Part shown: positions 24,911 to 37,445 of the stretch, in pieces
Numbering within the stretch: the first letter of the stretch is position 1
How the letters are laid out: each line of letters begins with the position of its first letter
NCBI GenBank assembly: GCA_024137785.1
Contig: JAHRHZ010000062.1
Span: 42,935,933 to 42,999,932 of the forward strand
Direction of reading: 5' to 3'
DNA: 64,000 nucleotides
Source: Ginglymostoma cirratum
Taxonomy: Eukaryota
The notes under the pieces: generated by a model
Database searches by the model: none
Told to the model about the DNA's origin: nothing
The model's input: only the letters and a program-made list of their open reading frames with translations
Translations under genes and position numbers: made by a program

Positions 24911-26384
24911 GTAAGGTTAATCAAAGGCTACATTGCAATATCAGTTTGAAGAAAAATAGGTTATCGTCAAGTGTTACTACTGATGTGCAGGATAATACAT
25001 GCTAATGACTATTATCATCTGTGAAGACTAACTATCATTCTTAATGGAGTAAAATGAAAAATATAAACTCAACATGACCTGTGGGAAGCCACTGGAAAGA
25101 ATAAGAACCTCCAGAATTTTCATTTCTGAATGGCTTTAAAAGGTTGATATTGGATTGATCAACTGTTTTCAACCTACATGATTATACCACCCTGTAAAGT
25201 CAATGGCAGATTTACAAATCACCCTCATAACCCATGTCCAAGTATGCTGTAGGTGCTGGCTACTATTTCCCATACAGATTTCCTATTCCTGAAGGCTAAC
25301 AATCACTGCTCCATCTTTAATAAACTGAGTGGCCTCGAAGCTTCCTTGTTAACAGGGAAAATATTTAGTGTTTTTAAGAGGTACCATACTGCCCAGCAAA
25401 CACTGCAAAGAAAATGATATCATTTGTGTGGCAAAAGATGGTATTAGAATCAATGTCTTATGTCAGGTGGTTGCCGCGTATCTGCTGATCAGCAATGTAT
25501 TACATCCATAAATGCCATATAAACCACCCATTACTTCACTGCAGGATCTGTGTGATGGCTGCCTGTTCACTTTACAACTGAACAAATGACATTAGCAAAG
25601 TCTTTGCTCAGCACTACCATTTTTTCCATCATCTTTTGGTTTCATGGGTAGATCTATCATATATCAGCTGCTTCCTATAGTTTTTACATTGTTTGCCAGC
25701 TCAGGTTGTTAAAGCATCACAACATTTAACATAATGTTGCTGTTACTTAAAATAATACCCTCAATAACTTATTTTGGAGTTTCAGCCAAATATATTGTTA
25801 CTGCTGTGATCAATTTCAGCCATGATCTGATTTAATGGTGAAACATGCTTGATTTACCGATATCTTCACAATTATAATTTATCATTGGTGACCTTGGTTA
25901 TCACAAAGTGACTGTAGGCGCAGGGACCCTGAACCATGGAACACTGATCTGTATATGCCAAAGTAGTTTTACTGTGCACATATTTATTTACATTAAGTAC
26001 TTCTTTTCACCATCATGTAAGCCTATCTAGAGGCTGTTTGGAAAACTCATATTGTTAGGAAACAGCAAAGCATCTTGACACCACACTGTATGCATACCAC
26101 TACTGGGTCCAGGATCTGAGTGCCCATTGATCAGCAGAACAGAGGATTTGAGGACATGAGCTAGTTGTTTCAATAAAGTATCACATAGATGGCACGTTTA
26201 AAATGAAGGCAGTCACTGCCAGCAAAGACAGCAAACTGACTAAAGGACAGAAAACAGATTGTGTAAACTCTGATATTCCCTAGAATTCCCTGTTTGTAAA
26301 TTACTCTTCTTGCTTTTACATTTCTGGCACGGATATGATGGGATGAACGGTGGAATCCTTGAGCCAAATTTTGTGCAATATACA

Positions 26385-26590
26385 CAGGCTGGGAGGCAGC
26401 TTTGCAATGCAGAGTGAGGCCAACAGGCATGGGTTCAATTTCCACACCAGCTGAGTTACCATTGACAGACTCTTCGTCTCAGCTACCCCCTTGCCTAAGG
26501 TGTGGAGACCCCTAGGTTAAATCACCACCAGTCATTTCTCTCTAACAAGGGAGCAGCTCTATGGTTTTGTAAGACTATGGTGACTTTATA
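26385..26590 (+). mobile_element. tRNA-derived SINE (second family)
   Basis: B-box-like gggttcaatttcc, body ...ggttaaatcaccaccagtca..., tail gactatggtgacttta. Antisense relatives at 61925-62040 and 62389-62775. Confidence 0.7.
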
Positions 26591-27012
26591 TACATAGACA
26601 CTTTACTTGGGAGCAGAAATCAAAATGTCAACATTTCCAGAAGGCATGACCGTGGAATGGTGGTTAATTGAAAATAAAAGTGTAAATGACTTAGACAAAG
26701 GTAGGCAATTATGTGTCAGATGAAATGGGAGGTAATACGATTTTGGGCTAATTAAAAAGAAATGCAAACCAAACAATAAATCTTTAAAAAACAGTTAAGG
26801 GATTGGGGTTGCATTTTTAAGTGGCAGGACAAAGCAGGGTTTTTTATAAATAGTGGCAATTTGCTCATATTATGGAGGATTCTAATACCAACTACAGGAG
26901 TTAACAATTAAGAGGTTAGGAAGTAAAAAATAGAATGGAACTCAAGACTTCTTTTTAACAATCTCATTGCTAATTATTGGTATTAATTCCTGCGTTTCTG
27001 TTGTCATTCCAG

Positions 27013-27108
27013 GTTTATGGAATGATTCTGACTGCCTTCTTCTGCTTTGCTGGTTGCTTGGCCGAGGATTGGCACACAAAAGGCAAATACCAGGTGACAA
27101 AGCAGTAA
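27013..27108 (+). CDS. TSPAN32: TSPAN32 probable last coding exon (exon 8; TM4 end and cytoplasmic tail): VYGMILTAFFCFAGCLAEDWHTKGKYQVTKQ*
   Basis: ttccag| acceptor, in frame to TAA at 27106-27108. KGKY motif matches recalled human VSALLFSSFLWFAIRCGCSLDRKGKYTLTPR. Confidence 0.88.
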   Translation, partial: VYGMILTAFFCFAGCLAEDWHTKGKYQVTKQ

Positions 27109-27527
27109 CAAGCACTGAGGTGAAATCAGAAACTAGGTGCTGGTCAGCCAGAATGAGACACCCTGTGAAGTGAATTTTCTGGATTTTGTGAAGGATGTCA
27201 CCTCTCAGAGCTCTGATTCTCTGTGCTGAACATTCTTACTTTCACATTCTGAAGGAAGGCAAATTAATGGATAACTACTTTACACTGATCTGTTGTGAGA
27301 AAATCCCATGGGTCAGTCCCCTCCTCACTGCATTGTACCTAAAGATTCTGCTTCTAAAGAGTGCTGAGCTTTGTTTCGTGCTGTTGTGGCAAGAAACTGT
27401 GATATTGTGATCTGCCACCATGTGAGTTTCCTTAAAATACAAATTTTGAAGCAGCATATGGTGTTCAAAATTAACGTCAAGAACCTCAGCAATTCTTCTT
27501 ACTGGGATTGGCAGCGGGGATGAGGGA

Positions 27528-27900
27528 ACATATAGACATAAGAACAGAAATAGGCCGTTCAGCCCCTCAAATTTGTCTATACAATGAGGTCTGCTATTCA
27601 ATTAAATCCCTGATGATTTATATCTCAACTCCATCTACTTATTGTGCCTCCATATCCATTTATATTATTGATGGATTTTAGCCAGACAACCTCAGAATAA
27701 ATTATTAACCAAGCTAAAAACTTTTTGTGGGAGAAAGTTCCACATTTCTGTGTCGCTTCACATGAAGAAGTATATTTTAACTTCTCTCCTGAACGGTCTG
27801 GCTGTAACGTTAAGGTTTTGTTCCCTTGTCCCAGACTGTTCCACCATTGAAAGATGCAGAAGGCTGATCGATGGGCTTCCACCTATCAAGATTGATCCTC
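27528..27900 (-). mobile_element. CR1-type LINE 3' fragment
   Basis: catagacataagaacagaaataggccgttcagcccctc terminus, shared with other copies in the window. Confidence 0.65.
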
Positions 27901-28974
27901 TTCTTGATAAGCCTGTGTGGGAGGGTGGGAAGAACAAGCATTTAGGCTGAAGAAGAGGTGGGGTAGGAGGTGGAAGGGGGCAATTATATTAATGATCAGA
28001 ATGAGCTGCTAGGTTGATGGATAGATATTAGGAGCTGAAGATGAAACTATTGTCTTTTTAAAATTCTTATGAAAAGTTAAGTTGGAGCAGTGAGCAAACT
28101 GCCCCATTATCATTACTATGAAATAGAATTTGGTAGTAGTGTCCAACAAACCTCTTTGAAGCGAAGCTCTGTGGTGTAGTAATCAGGACCTGGAGTTTCG
28201 GCCTGCAATGTGATATTTTTATGTTATTCAGCTACTACCACTTCCTTTTCTTTCAATATATATTGAGCATCATAATCTTGGTGTCTGAGCAAAGCATTTT
28301 TGTTACTGTGTACTTTTACTATTAGTCCACATCTCTTATGTTGTCCTACTACTGTTCTCATTGTTGACTCTTTCAGTGGCCTTTCAGTCTTATTCCCATT
28401 CCACTGCATCTCACTGAGCCTATACACTTCCCTTGCATGTCACTAACGTTCTCATTAAGCTGGAATGCCCCTTTTTGCCTTTAATCAAAAGGAATTCTCG
28501 TACTGTTGTCCTAAAGAGTTAAGTTTGGCTTGTTTGGAAATTAAAATGTTTTACTGTTTGGTACTCACTGTGTAACTCACACACAGGCAGTGAGATGACA
28601 TGACTGACAGATGAACAGTGCCAATGTTTAATAAACAATGTAATGTCTGTACGATGCTGTTTCTACCGATGAAAGGATGAATTATACGATGTTCTCAGCT
28701 CCTTCAGATGGACTTTACTGCAGTGAGATTTTGTTTGTTACACTTAAACGCAGTAGAAAGACACCCACCCTCTTTGACTCAATAAGCCATTGCCAGCAAT
28801 GATCCACCTGCATGGTGTTGAGCAAGGGAAGCCTAGCATGTGCCAGGATTAATCCTTTAAGTGTTAGATTAGAGCAGTTGATGTGGTGCTACATTTAGCC
28901 CCAGGCTGAGGAGGATAAATCAATTCCCACTCACAATCGTTATTCAATAGTTCCTGCTGGATTGTGCATTGTAC

Positions 28975-29610
28975 AGAACTCGGAAACATAGGAAATCAGT
29001 GCGGGTGTAGGCCATTCAACCCTCAAGCCTGCTCCACCGTAAAATATGACGATGACTGATCAATACCCTAATACCACCCTCCCCCCTCATATCCCTGATC
29101 ATTTTAGCTACAAGAGCTATATCTACTTCCTTCTTGAAAAACACATAGTGTTTTGGCCTCAACCACTTTCTGTGATAAACAATTCCACAGGCTTACCATT
29201 GTGTGGGTGAGGAAATTTCTCCTCATTTCGGTCCTAAAAAGCCCTTTATTCTTAAACTATGACCCCTTGTTCTGGACTCCCCCCACCATCTCGAACATCC
29301 CTTCTGCATCTAACCCGTCTAGTCGTATTAGAATTTTATACGTCTTTTTGAGAACCCCCCTCATTCTTCAAAACTCCAGTGAATGCAATCCTAACGGACT
29401 CAATCTCTTCTCGTATGTCAGTCCTGCTACCCCAGGAATTAATTTGGTAAACCTTTGCTGCATTCCCTCTACAGCAAGAACATCCTTCCTCAGACACGGA
29501 GACTAAAACTGCGCACAAAATTCCAGGTTTGGCCTCGCCATTGTATAATTGCAGTAAGACATCTTTATTCCTGTACTTGAATCTTCCCACTATGAAGGCC
29601 AATATTCAGT
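28975..29610 (-). mobile_element. CR1-type (HER1-like) LINE 3' end
   Basis: RFKYRNKDVLLQLY...PxLEFCAQF*SP C-terminal RT-region motif, frameshifted, followed by a typical 3' UTR. Confidence 0.85.
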
Positions 29611-31769
29611 CTTTACTGTCTGCTGCACCTGCTCAGATGTCTACAGCCTGCAGAAATTCTTATCATTGTTAAAGCAGAGATCTCCAGATACAATATTGTA
29701 TCTAAACATCGAGCCCGATTATGGAATAGCTGCTGAATAATCAGCCTGCAGTCCATATTTATGTATCCATATTGCTTTAGACATATCACAGATATTCCCT
29801 GTTTAAAAAAAGAGCAAACCTCTATTTGCATGAACCTTACATCCTCAGGACATTCCAAAACACTTCAAAACCACTCAAGTACCTTAGAAATGTAGTCCTC
29901 ATGGTTACATTAGCAAAATAAAAACAATGCTTGTTCGATGTTCTATAATGCAGTCAGGTTGCTTACAGCAAAATCCCACAAACTGCAATGAGATAAACAA
30001 CTGGAATTTCCACTTTTGAGGGAGTTGATTGAGAGACGTTGACCTGATACATCTCCTATTCTTTTACATGTAATTATCTGTCATGGGATAGTTTATGTTC
30101 ATTTTAGGAGGGGCAACCGATGCTTCTGTTTGATACTTCATCCAAAAGACAGACCTTTCCAGGGAGCAGTGTGTCTCCCTCTCAGGATTGCACCGACATC
30201 TCAGGTCAGAATAAGTGCTCATCTGCGAAGTGGTTGAACTCACAAATTGCTAATTTGAAGACAAGTCTGCAACCAATGAACTGAGGCTGATATACTGTAT
30301 GTAGAAGCTATGGGAACCATTTCTTTAGCAAGATGTTTGTTCCGGAGATTGAGGAATAAAAGCTTATCATGCATCATGATAGAATGGTGGTACAGACTCG
30401 ATGAGCCAAATGGCCTAATTTTGCTCCCATATATTATGGTCTTATGATATTTAAATGTCTCCATGGTTTTTACAAATGCAGCACAATGCAAAAAAGAAAA
30501 TCACTCGGTGTGTTTGAAACAGAATCATACAGGCAGACTGGCAAAATACAGCACCAGCAATATTTAAGTATCTACAACATTGGATAATTACATACACCAG
30601 TGAGACCAGAAAGAGCATTGTACAGGCATAAAGCCTAATTGCAATGTAATAAAGGAAATTCAGACAATTTAGGGACAACTCAGTGCAGAATGACAACAGG
30701 GAAGTTTCATAATACAGTACCAGGCAGGCTGGATATTGATGTCGTAAGGGAAATAGTAAACAAGCTCAAAGTGGCAACACAGGTGTAATCAATGAGCTCC
30801 TGGGAAGCCTTGAGATGGGTCGAATTGTTATACCATTTCAAACTAACTCTGTTGCCAAGCAGAGAAGAAAATAGTGTAGTAGCTCACCTTATCGAATATT
30901 GATTTGTGATCTTGATGCAAATGGGACATGCAAACTACCAGATAATGTTGGTGTTACCAATGCTAACCAGAAAAGAGCTTAACGCCCAAGTAGCAAAATG
31001 TGAGAATTTACAATGACTGGGCCTGACTGACATCCCACCAAAGCAGGCAGAAAGAGGCAGCTCGCTAGCTTCACTCACCTTAGATTTGTAGGGCTATGTA
31101 GGTTAGGAACACATTGTATTACAACTGACAAGTTTTAGATAAAAAGGTAGTTTCAGCGGTGTACTAAACAACTGCTCTATAAAGTGAATAAAGTGCTCCA
31201 CCCAGTAGTAATTCGGGATTATATGAAAGCTAAGCTTAATGTGTAGGTCCTTCACACTCCTGAAATTATGAATAGGACTGGTGTTCATTGTAATAAATAA
31301 TTTCTAAACAAAATATAATGCATTATTACATTTTGTATTAGCTTGTAAAACAGGAACTGGATAAACTGCAATTCTACACTCTACACTTCCCAGTCCAGAT
31401 AACTGTCCAGTTTTGGAGCTTGCAAAAGGTGGCCTCTGTACATTGCCACTTACTAGACATAGTAGAAAGTATCCCTATCTTTAGGATCTCACAGAGTCTT
31501 GTGAGGTTTACGAAACTTATGCAAGGATTGTGTGATCTTAAGGCGGACAAGCCCATTTGTGGAAAATGACCTTGGTTGATAAGGATTCGACTGTAATTGG
31601 ATAAAAATGACTGCCAAAAATGAAAACATTTTCATTTACCTGCACGGTTCTTTGTGTCTACCCAGTGCTGAAACATAATAACAGTCAGCAGTACATCCAG
31701 GGCAGTGTAGGGGTAATTAATCAACATTCAAGATGAAATTGCAGTAAGACTGCCCTAATAAATCAGTTT

Positions 31770-33220
31770 CAGAATTTAGAAAGATATTTGAGAGAAAGGG
31801 GATACACAAACAGAGCAAAAGACGAGTTTTGTATTACTTCCTACGAGGGGAATAAACACCAGTAAGAACTGGTTAGCTGAACAATTTCCTGTGTTATAAT
31901 GTTCATGTAATTCAATAATCCTAGTCATTCTTATCTGAACCATTTCTAATGTATAAATTCTTTTGGAGTAAGGCAATTAAAACAGAAACCCCTCTTCAGA
32001 ACTGGCTTCATCTTTGACCTATACCATGTCAGCATAACATTTTCTGTGTAGCAGTCTAATGTTTTCCAAATGTGGCCAGCACATCATGTCACTTAACAGC
32101 TGCGTCACAATGGTCAAGTATTTTCAGGGTATCATTAATGATTGTTCCTAAATGTTTCTCCTTTGAGCTTCTACCAATGAAGACTCTTTCATGCTCTAAA
32201 CACATTCTGTTTCTTGTCTCATGCACATTGCTTTGTCGATTTAAAAATCAAACTGCTTTACTGTATGAAGGACAGAACAAAAGGAAGACTGTTTTCTCCA
32301 CTGCAGCAGGGATACATTTTAGAACCCATTTCATCATATGAAGACTTGTTTGGAACCACCTGAGGTTGAGAAAGGTAATATGTAAATGAAAGCTCTTTTT
32401 CTTGATAACTTTCATACCCGTTGATGGTTTCTTTAGAGATGCAAACCAATCTTCCTTCTCTTTATTTTCTGAAGACTATTTCGAGACACTTAATATTACA
32501 AATAGCAATGCCCTGTTCTATCTCATGATTTATGAAAAGTGGCAATCCCACAATGTTTCCCTGTGGAACTCTACTGATTAATTTTTCCAGGATTTTCCAT
32601 GTATTGCCACTGTTATTTGCCTATAAAACAATTCTCAATCCAGCTGTGTAATTTGTCCTATTTTCCACGTTATTGTATAGGGATGTTCGTTCATTTCTCC
32701 AAAATTTCCATGAGCTTAATTATTTCCTTTAAGAAATATTATAGATTTACAAACTACAATCAATTATTATCCTGATCTATGCCTATGTAACCTTTGCATT
32801 TGTATGTTCATTTAAAGCACTAGGCAAAATTTCCTCAACTATTTTCTCCAAACACATGTCCAACCATCAGCCTGTAATTGTCACATTCACAGATGACTCC
32901 TATTTCAATATCAGAAAAACTTTTGTTATCCTGCAGTTCTTAGGTATCTCACCAACATATGTAAATTTTATTAATGTTATCCAAAAATACTATTTTCATA
33001 CATTTTTCATTACTTAAAAATTCTCAGAAGTATCTCACTGGTCCAGAGATGCTCAGAATATTTAACCTTTCTAGTTTTTGGACAATACATTATTTATATC
33101 TTCTATAAAGTTTGTAAATTATTCAGTCCCATTGACCACAAGTAGAACTCATTCACAGCCATCTTTTGCAAACAGAGCCTTGCTGTATTCTGATCATTGA
33201 TCATGAATTTGTGAAAAGCA
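31770..33220 (-). mobile_element. Very old CR1-like LINE remnant
   Basis: MPYSKRIYTLEMVQIRMTRII resembles the CR1 motif P..KKDI..LE.VQRR.T. Also SRVPQG (gVPQG-like) at ~32560-32575. Confidence 0.5.
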
Positions 33221-35401
33221 GTGCATAAGTACAAGCTGTTTCTTTTCACATCATAGAAGCAGGCAAAGAAAGATAGTGATGCTAAGGAAGGAGGAAGAAT
33301 AGGTTGAATATGATCAGAGTGAAAAACTGAAAAGGCCGTTCAGTGGTAGCTGTTCACAGGATCTACTAAGACGATTCTTGCCGACCAAAACATGGCTTCT
33401 CGATGCTTTTGTGTATTTGCAGGAGCCACAGGATGACTATTTTACACTTTAAAAGTTTCTGATTTATTCATTGAAAGTCACAGCTCACAGAAATTGCTTT
33501 TCTTCAGACTTAAAGTGATTTTTACCGCAGGAAACAAAGCTTGCAGAAATCTGATGGGTTCTCATTATCTTGTTCACAAACCAAAACTATTCAACCACCT
33601 GGGAGCCAATCATATAGTTGTTGATAGTCAGAGGCTTTTGGCATTGATAAATCATCACTGGTCCACAGACAAACAGCTATGTGTTGCTGGCTGAAGCTCC
33701 ATTTGTAGATAGTACTTGGCTCCAGTGGGTCTGCAAACCATCTACGACTGTTTGAACCAACAGTTCTGTAAATAGTACATTCAAACAATATCAGAATACT
33801 TGCTTTACAAAGTGCAGTCATCCTTCAACAATATTTTTAATCCATTTCAGTCCATAAACAAAACTACAGAAAAATAGAAACATACAGTGTTCACAACCTT
33901 TAGCACAAAAACATCCTGTCTATTAGCCATTCGAAAGAAGTGTAATATTGGACCTGAAATATTATCTCTGTTCCTCTATCCACAAATGTTGCTAGACCTG
34001 CTGATTTTGTTTGGCATTTTCTGTTTTTGCTTCATGCAGCCTCTACAGTAATTGCTTTAATTTCAGTCCCTCAAGATCTGTTACATTTATGCCCATTTAG
34101 ATTGGTTCTTTAGTTCCTTGACTGAATAGTTCAGTTCATTAGAAAACAGGAGTTCAATAACACAAAGTGTAAACAATGTAGAAGATGTCAGGCATTGTGC
34201 ACATTCAATCACAGAAAAGAAGTTATGACCAGCAGAGGTGCTGTTGGTTTAGCGGATTCCAAGTAAACTCAGCTGGAAACAAGCCCTTGATTACTTCAAA
34301 GAAACAGAAGACTGTCAAGGTATCAGAGAAGAAGATATCCTACAGGACTATTGAAGACATGAATTTAAGGAACTCGTGTGAAGGAGTAAGTGAGCTCAGT
34401 TAGTAGCCTGTTTAAGGATCTCAGGAAGAGACATTAACTAAAGGAAACGGCATTGAATGAATGCAGAATTTTGTATCTGGATAAAGGAATTTTTGGGTAA
34501 AACACTTGAATCTTTCTTTCAGAATTTTGTAATGATTCAAATAGTTATTGTACAGTTTAACATAGAATGTGTTTATTTTTCTTGTTGTAATTAACTTTCA
34601 TGTTTCCTTGTCAAAATTATATTGGCAACCTCTTGTGAATATGGTCAGTGACTGATCACTCAGGTAGGCAAATAGCAAACATAAGCTTTATAGCCTATCA
34701 AGTCAGATCCCACCCATGGATCTTATTTGTCCAGCATTACCATCAGAGGGATCATAACACCAATTCCAACAGAATAATTGGCATCAGTGAAACCACCAAA
34801 AGTTTTACAGTCCCACCTTTATACGGTGAAGAACAGTGAGGATGTTGCCATTATACTGCTAACCATACGCCTGACCAGCTTTTCATAACTCTTATCTCAA
34901 CCAGCTGCTCTTGTGCTGTTGTGGCATATTTGATTATGGCTGTAAATCCTCCTATAATTTTCCTACTTTATCTCCTGTGAATATGTTGAACATGGAAACA
35001 GCTACCTTCATGTTTTCAGAAATTATTTCTTTGGTAATGGTATTATATCTTACCTGCTATAGCAATGTCTCTAGCTGAGAAATTTTACTCATGACATTTT
35101 ATATTAGCATACCTAAAATCTTCCTTAGCATGTTTGGCATTCTTACTCTTATTTACTCCTCATTTGGATCCATTTATTGTACTATTCCAATATTTTTCAT
35201 TGGTGATATCTTATTTCTTTCTTGTTGTTTTATCCTTCCTCACCTTGCAATGTGTCTTAAACACACCCAGTGAGGACACTTCTTCCAACTTTGTTCAGCT
35301 AATGATCATTCCTATTAATATTCATTTCAATGTCCCAGGAATGTAATTCTTTCTCTTCTGCAAATGATTCCAACTGTTAACATCATTATCCTACATGAAT
35401 T

Positions 35402-35612
35402 TATAGAGTCATACAGCACAGAAACATATCCTTCAGTCCAACTCGTCCATGCTGCCCAGGTCTCCCAAACCAAACTAGTCCCATTTGCCTGCATTTGGCC
35501 CATATCCCCCTAAACTTTTCTTAGTCATGTACCATCCAAATGTATTTTAAATGTTGTAATTGTGCCTGCATTTACCACTTCCTCTGGCAGTTCATTCCAC
35601 ATACCAACCAAT
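35402..35612 (-). mobile_element. CR1/HER1 LINE 3' UTR fragment
   Basis: Reverse complement of the LINE tail at 60230-60430. Confidence 0.8.
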
Positions 35613-36495
35613 CTGTCCTTCTATTTGTTGGCTCTACCATCATATTAACTTTCTGATATTTGCATAAAAGATCACCTTAACCCCCTGCACAATAACATTC
35701 AATAATTTCTCACCATTTTAAACCCATTGTTTTTTCCCTCTTCTTCCTGCGAACGGGAATCACATTTCACCACATTATATTCCATCTGCCAAAGTTTTAA
35801 ATATAATTGCATGGCACTGGGACTAATCCTGGGATTAATAAATATGTTTAGTTCTGCTCTTCAATCCATATCTTAATTGCTGAAACTGGCTTTGGGGACC
35901 TCAGTTCATTTTTTTCCCCATGTGATACAAACCGTAACTTCTGACTTTTCACCTTCCCAAAACATTTAACATTTACTCTCCGATATTGGCATTTAAGAGG
36001 TATTCAAAGGATTCAGGACTCAACTGAGATTACAAAAATGCCAGTCCATTCACAGAAACATGGAAAATAGTAAAGCAGCCATTCAATTCATTATGTCGAT
36101 TCCAGGCATAAAGGGCCATCCAGGCTTTTCAGCTCTTAGTATGTAGCCTGGGAGGCATTTATTTTTAATGCAGTGAGGGTTTCCAGCTCTGCCAACGTTT
36201 CAGGCAGTCGCTTTCACATTGTGACTAACCTCCTGATGAAATAAATTAATCCACTTCCCTCTAATCCTTCTAGTAGTTGCTTTGATTTTGTTTTGCCCCA
36301 GTCACTGAAAAAAATGGCCCGTCAAGTCCACTTTTCCTACACAACTTAATTTATGTACTTCCATTAAATCTCTTCCATTCCAAAGAAAACAATCCCATAT
36401 CTTTCTTTTCTGTACCCTCGGTATTGTGATCCAAACAGATTTTGGTGCTGGCACATTGCGTGTCTGAAAACCAGACCAAATAAATAAGATTATTC

Positions 36496-36675
36496 GACAA
36501 CAAGCATGGGGCTGGATGAACACAGCAGGTCAAGCAGCATCATAGGAGCAGGAAAACTTTTTCCTGAAGTTTTCAGTTTTCCTGCTCCTATGATGATGCT
36601 GCTTGACCTGCTGTGTTCATCCAGCCCCATGCTTGTTATCTCGGATTCTCCAGCATCTGCAGTACCTTTTATCTC
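36496..36675. mobile_element. Young fold-back Penelope-derived insertion with 14-bp TSD
   Basis: Arms 36499-36558 and 36575-36637 are exact reverse complements apart from an extra gat. Perfect TSD aaataagattattc at 36482-36495 and 36676-36689. Confidence 0.92.
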
Positions 36676-36959
36676 AAATAAGATTATTCCTACAGATTGT
36701 GCTTCGAAGTGGCAGAGTAATTAAGAACAAAATCAGTGATAGAAGTCACAACTGATATATGAGGAACATATTGTACATGGGATTAGTTTCAAGTAACGGG
36801 AGCATTTGGGAAATTCCAGGACCATTTTAATCATAGTGTTTGTAAGCAATCGGCACAACATTTTAATTTCCGGTGACACAGACTCAAAACCAATAACTAC
36901 TCGAATGAACCATTTGCTCATCTGCCAACCCCACAATGAACCTGCCCTCTTAACATAGA

Positions 36960-37379
36960 CCTGCTTGAATTGGACCGATCTTGTCCTCGCTCCCACGGGA
37001 GCCCGGACTCGCGCTCTCCGGGGATTGGCTGAACGCATTCGCCTAGAACAGGGCGGGGCGGTGAGTACTTTGCAGTGATTGGCTGTGCTCACCCGCTGTG
37101 CTGTGATTGGATGGATGCGATCGGACTTTTTCTATTGGCCGAGAGGAACCAAGCCGTCGGGGCGGGGAAGGGCTGTGCTTTAATTGGCTGGAACTGTCCG
37201 TGTTGTGCTGTGATTTGCTGAGCCGGGTCAGGCTGTGCAGTGATTGGTTGGGCATTGTCGGGTTGCGCTGTGATTGGCTGGGTGGCGCTGCCTCGACTCA
37301 CTCAGTTGCTGCGAGCGACCGTGCACCTTGCAGTCGTCATTTGCGAAGCAGCGGCTGAGTGTGAATACTGAGCGGAGCA
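36960..37379 (+). promoter_or_regulatory. CD81 CpG-island promoter and 5' UTR with 8 inverted CCAAT boxes and 2 GC boxes
   Basis: ATTGG at 36969, 37024, 37078, 37106, 37134, 37183, 37243 and 37273, plus ATTTG at 37213. GGGCGG boxes at 37051-37061 and 37159-37167. Strongest non-repeat CpG-rich stretch in the window, with no TATA box. Confidence 0.85.
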
Positions 37380-37445
37380 ATGGGGGTGGAAGGTTGTATG
37401 AAATGTATCAAGTACTTGCTGTTCGTCTTCAATTTCCTTTTTTGG
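37380..37445 (+). CDS. CD81: CD81 tetraspanin exon 1: MGVEGCMKCIKYLLFVFNFLFW
   Basis: Kozak-like gcaATGG, TGG|gtaagt donor, 66 nt. Near-identical to the human CD81 N-terminus MGVEGCTKCIKYLLFVFNFVFW. Confidence 0.97.

Noticed and set aside
28630-28635. AATAAA as the TSPAN32 polyadenylation signal
   Set aside because: Plausible, but one of several hexamers in AT-rich DNA and cannot be assigned without transcript data.
37043-37358. Repetitive ORFs (QPITAQP...) at the CD81 promoter
   Set aside because: These are translations of the CCAAT minisatellite, with no evidence of coding.
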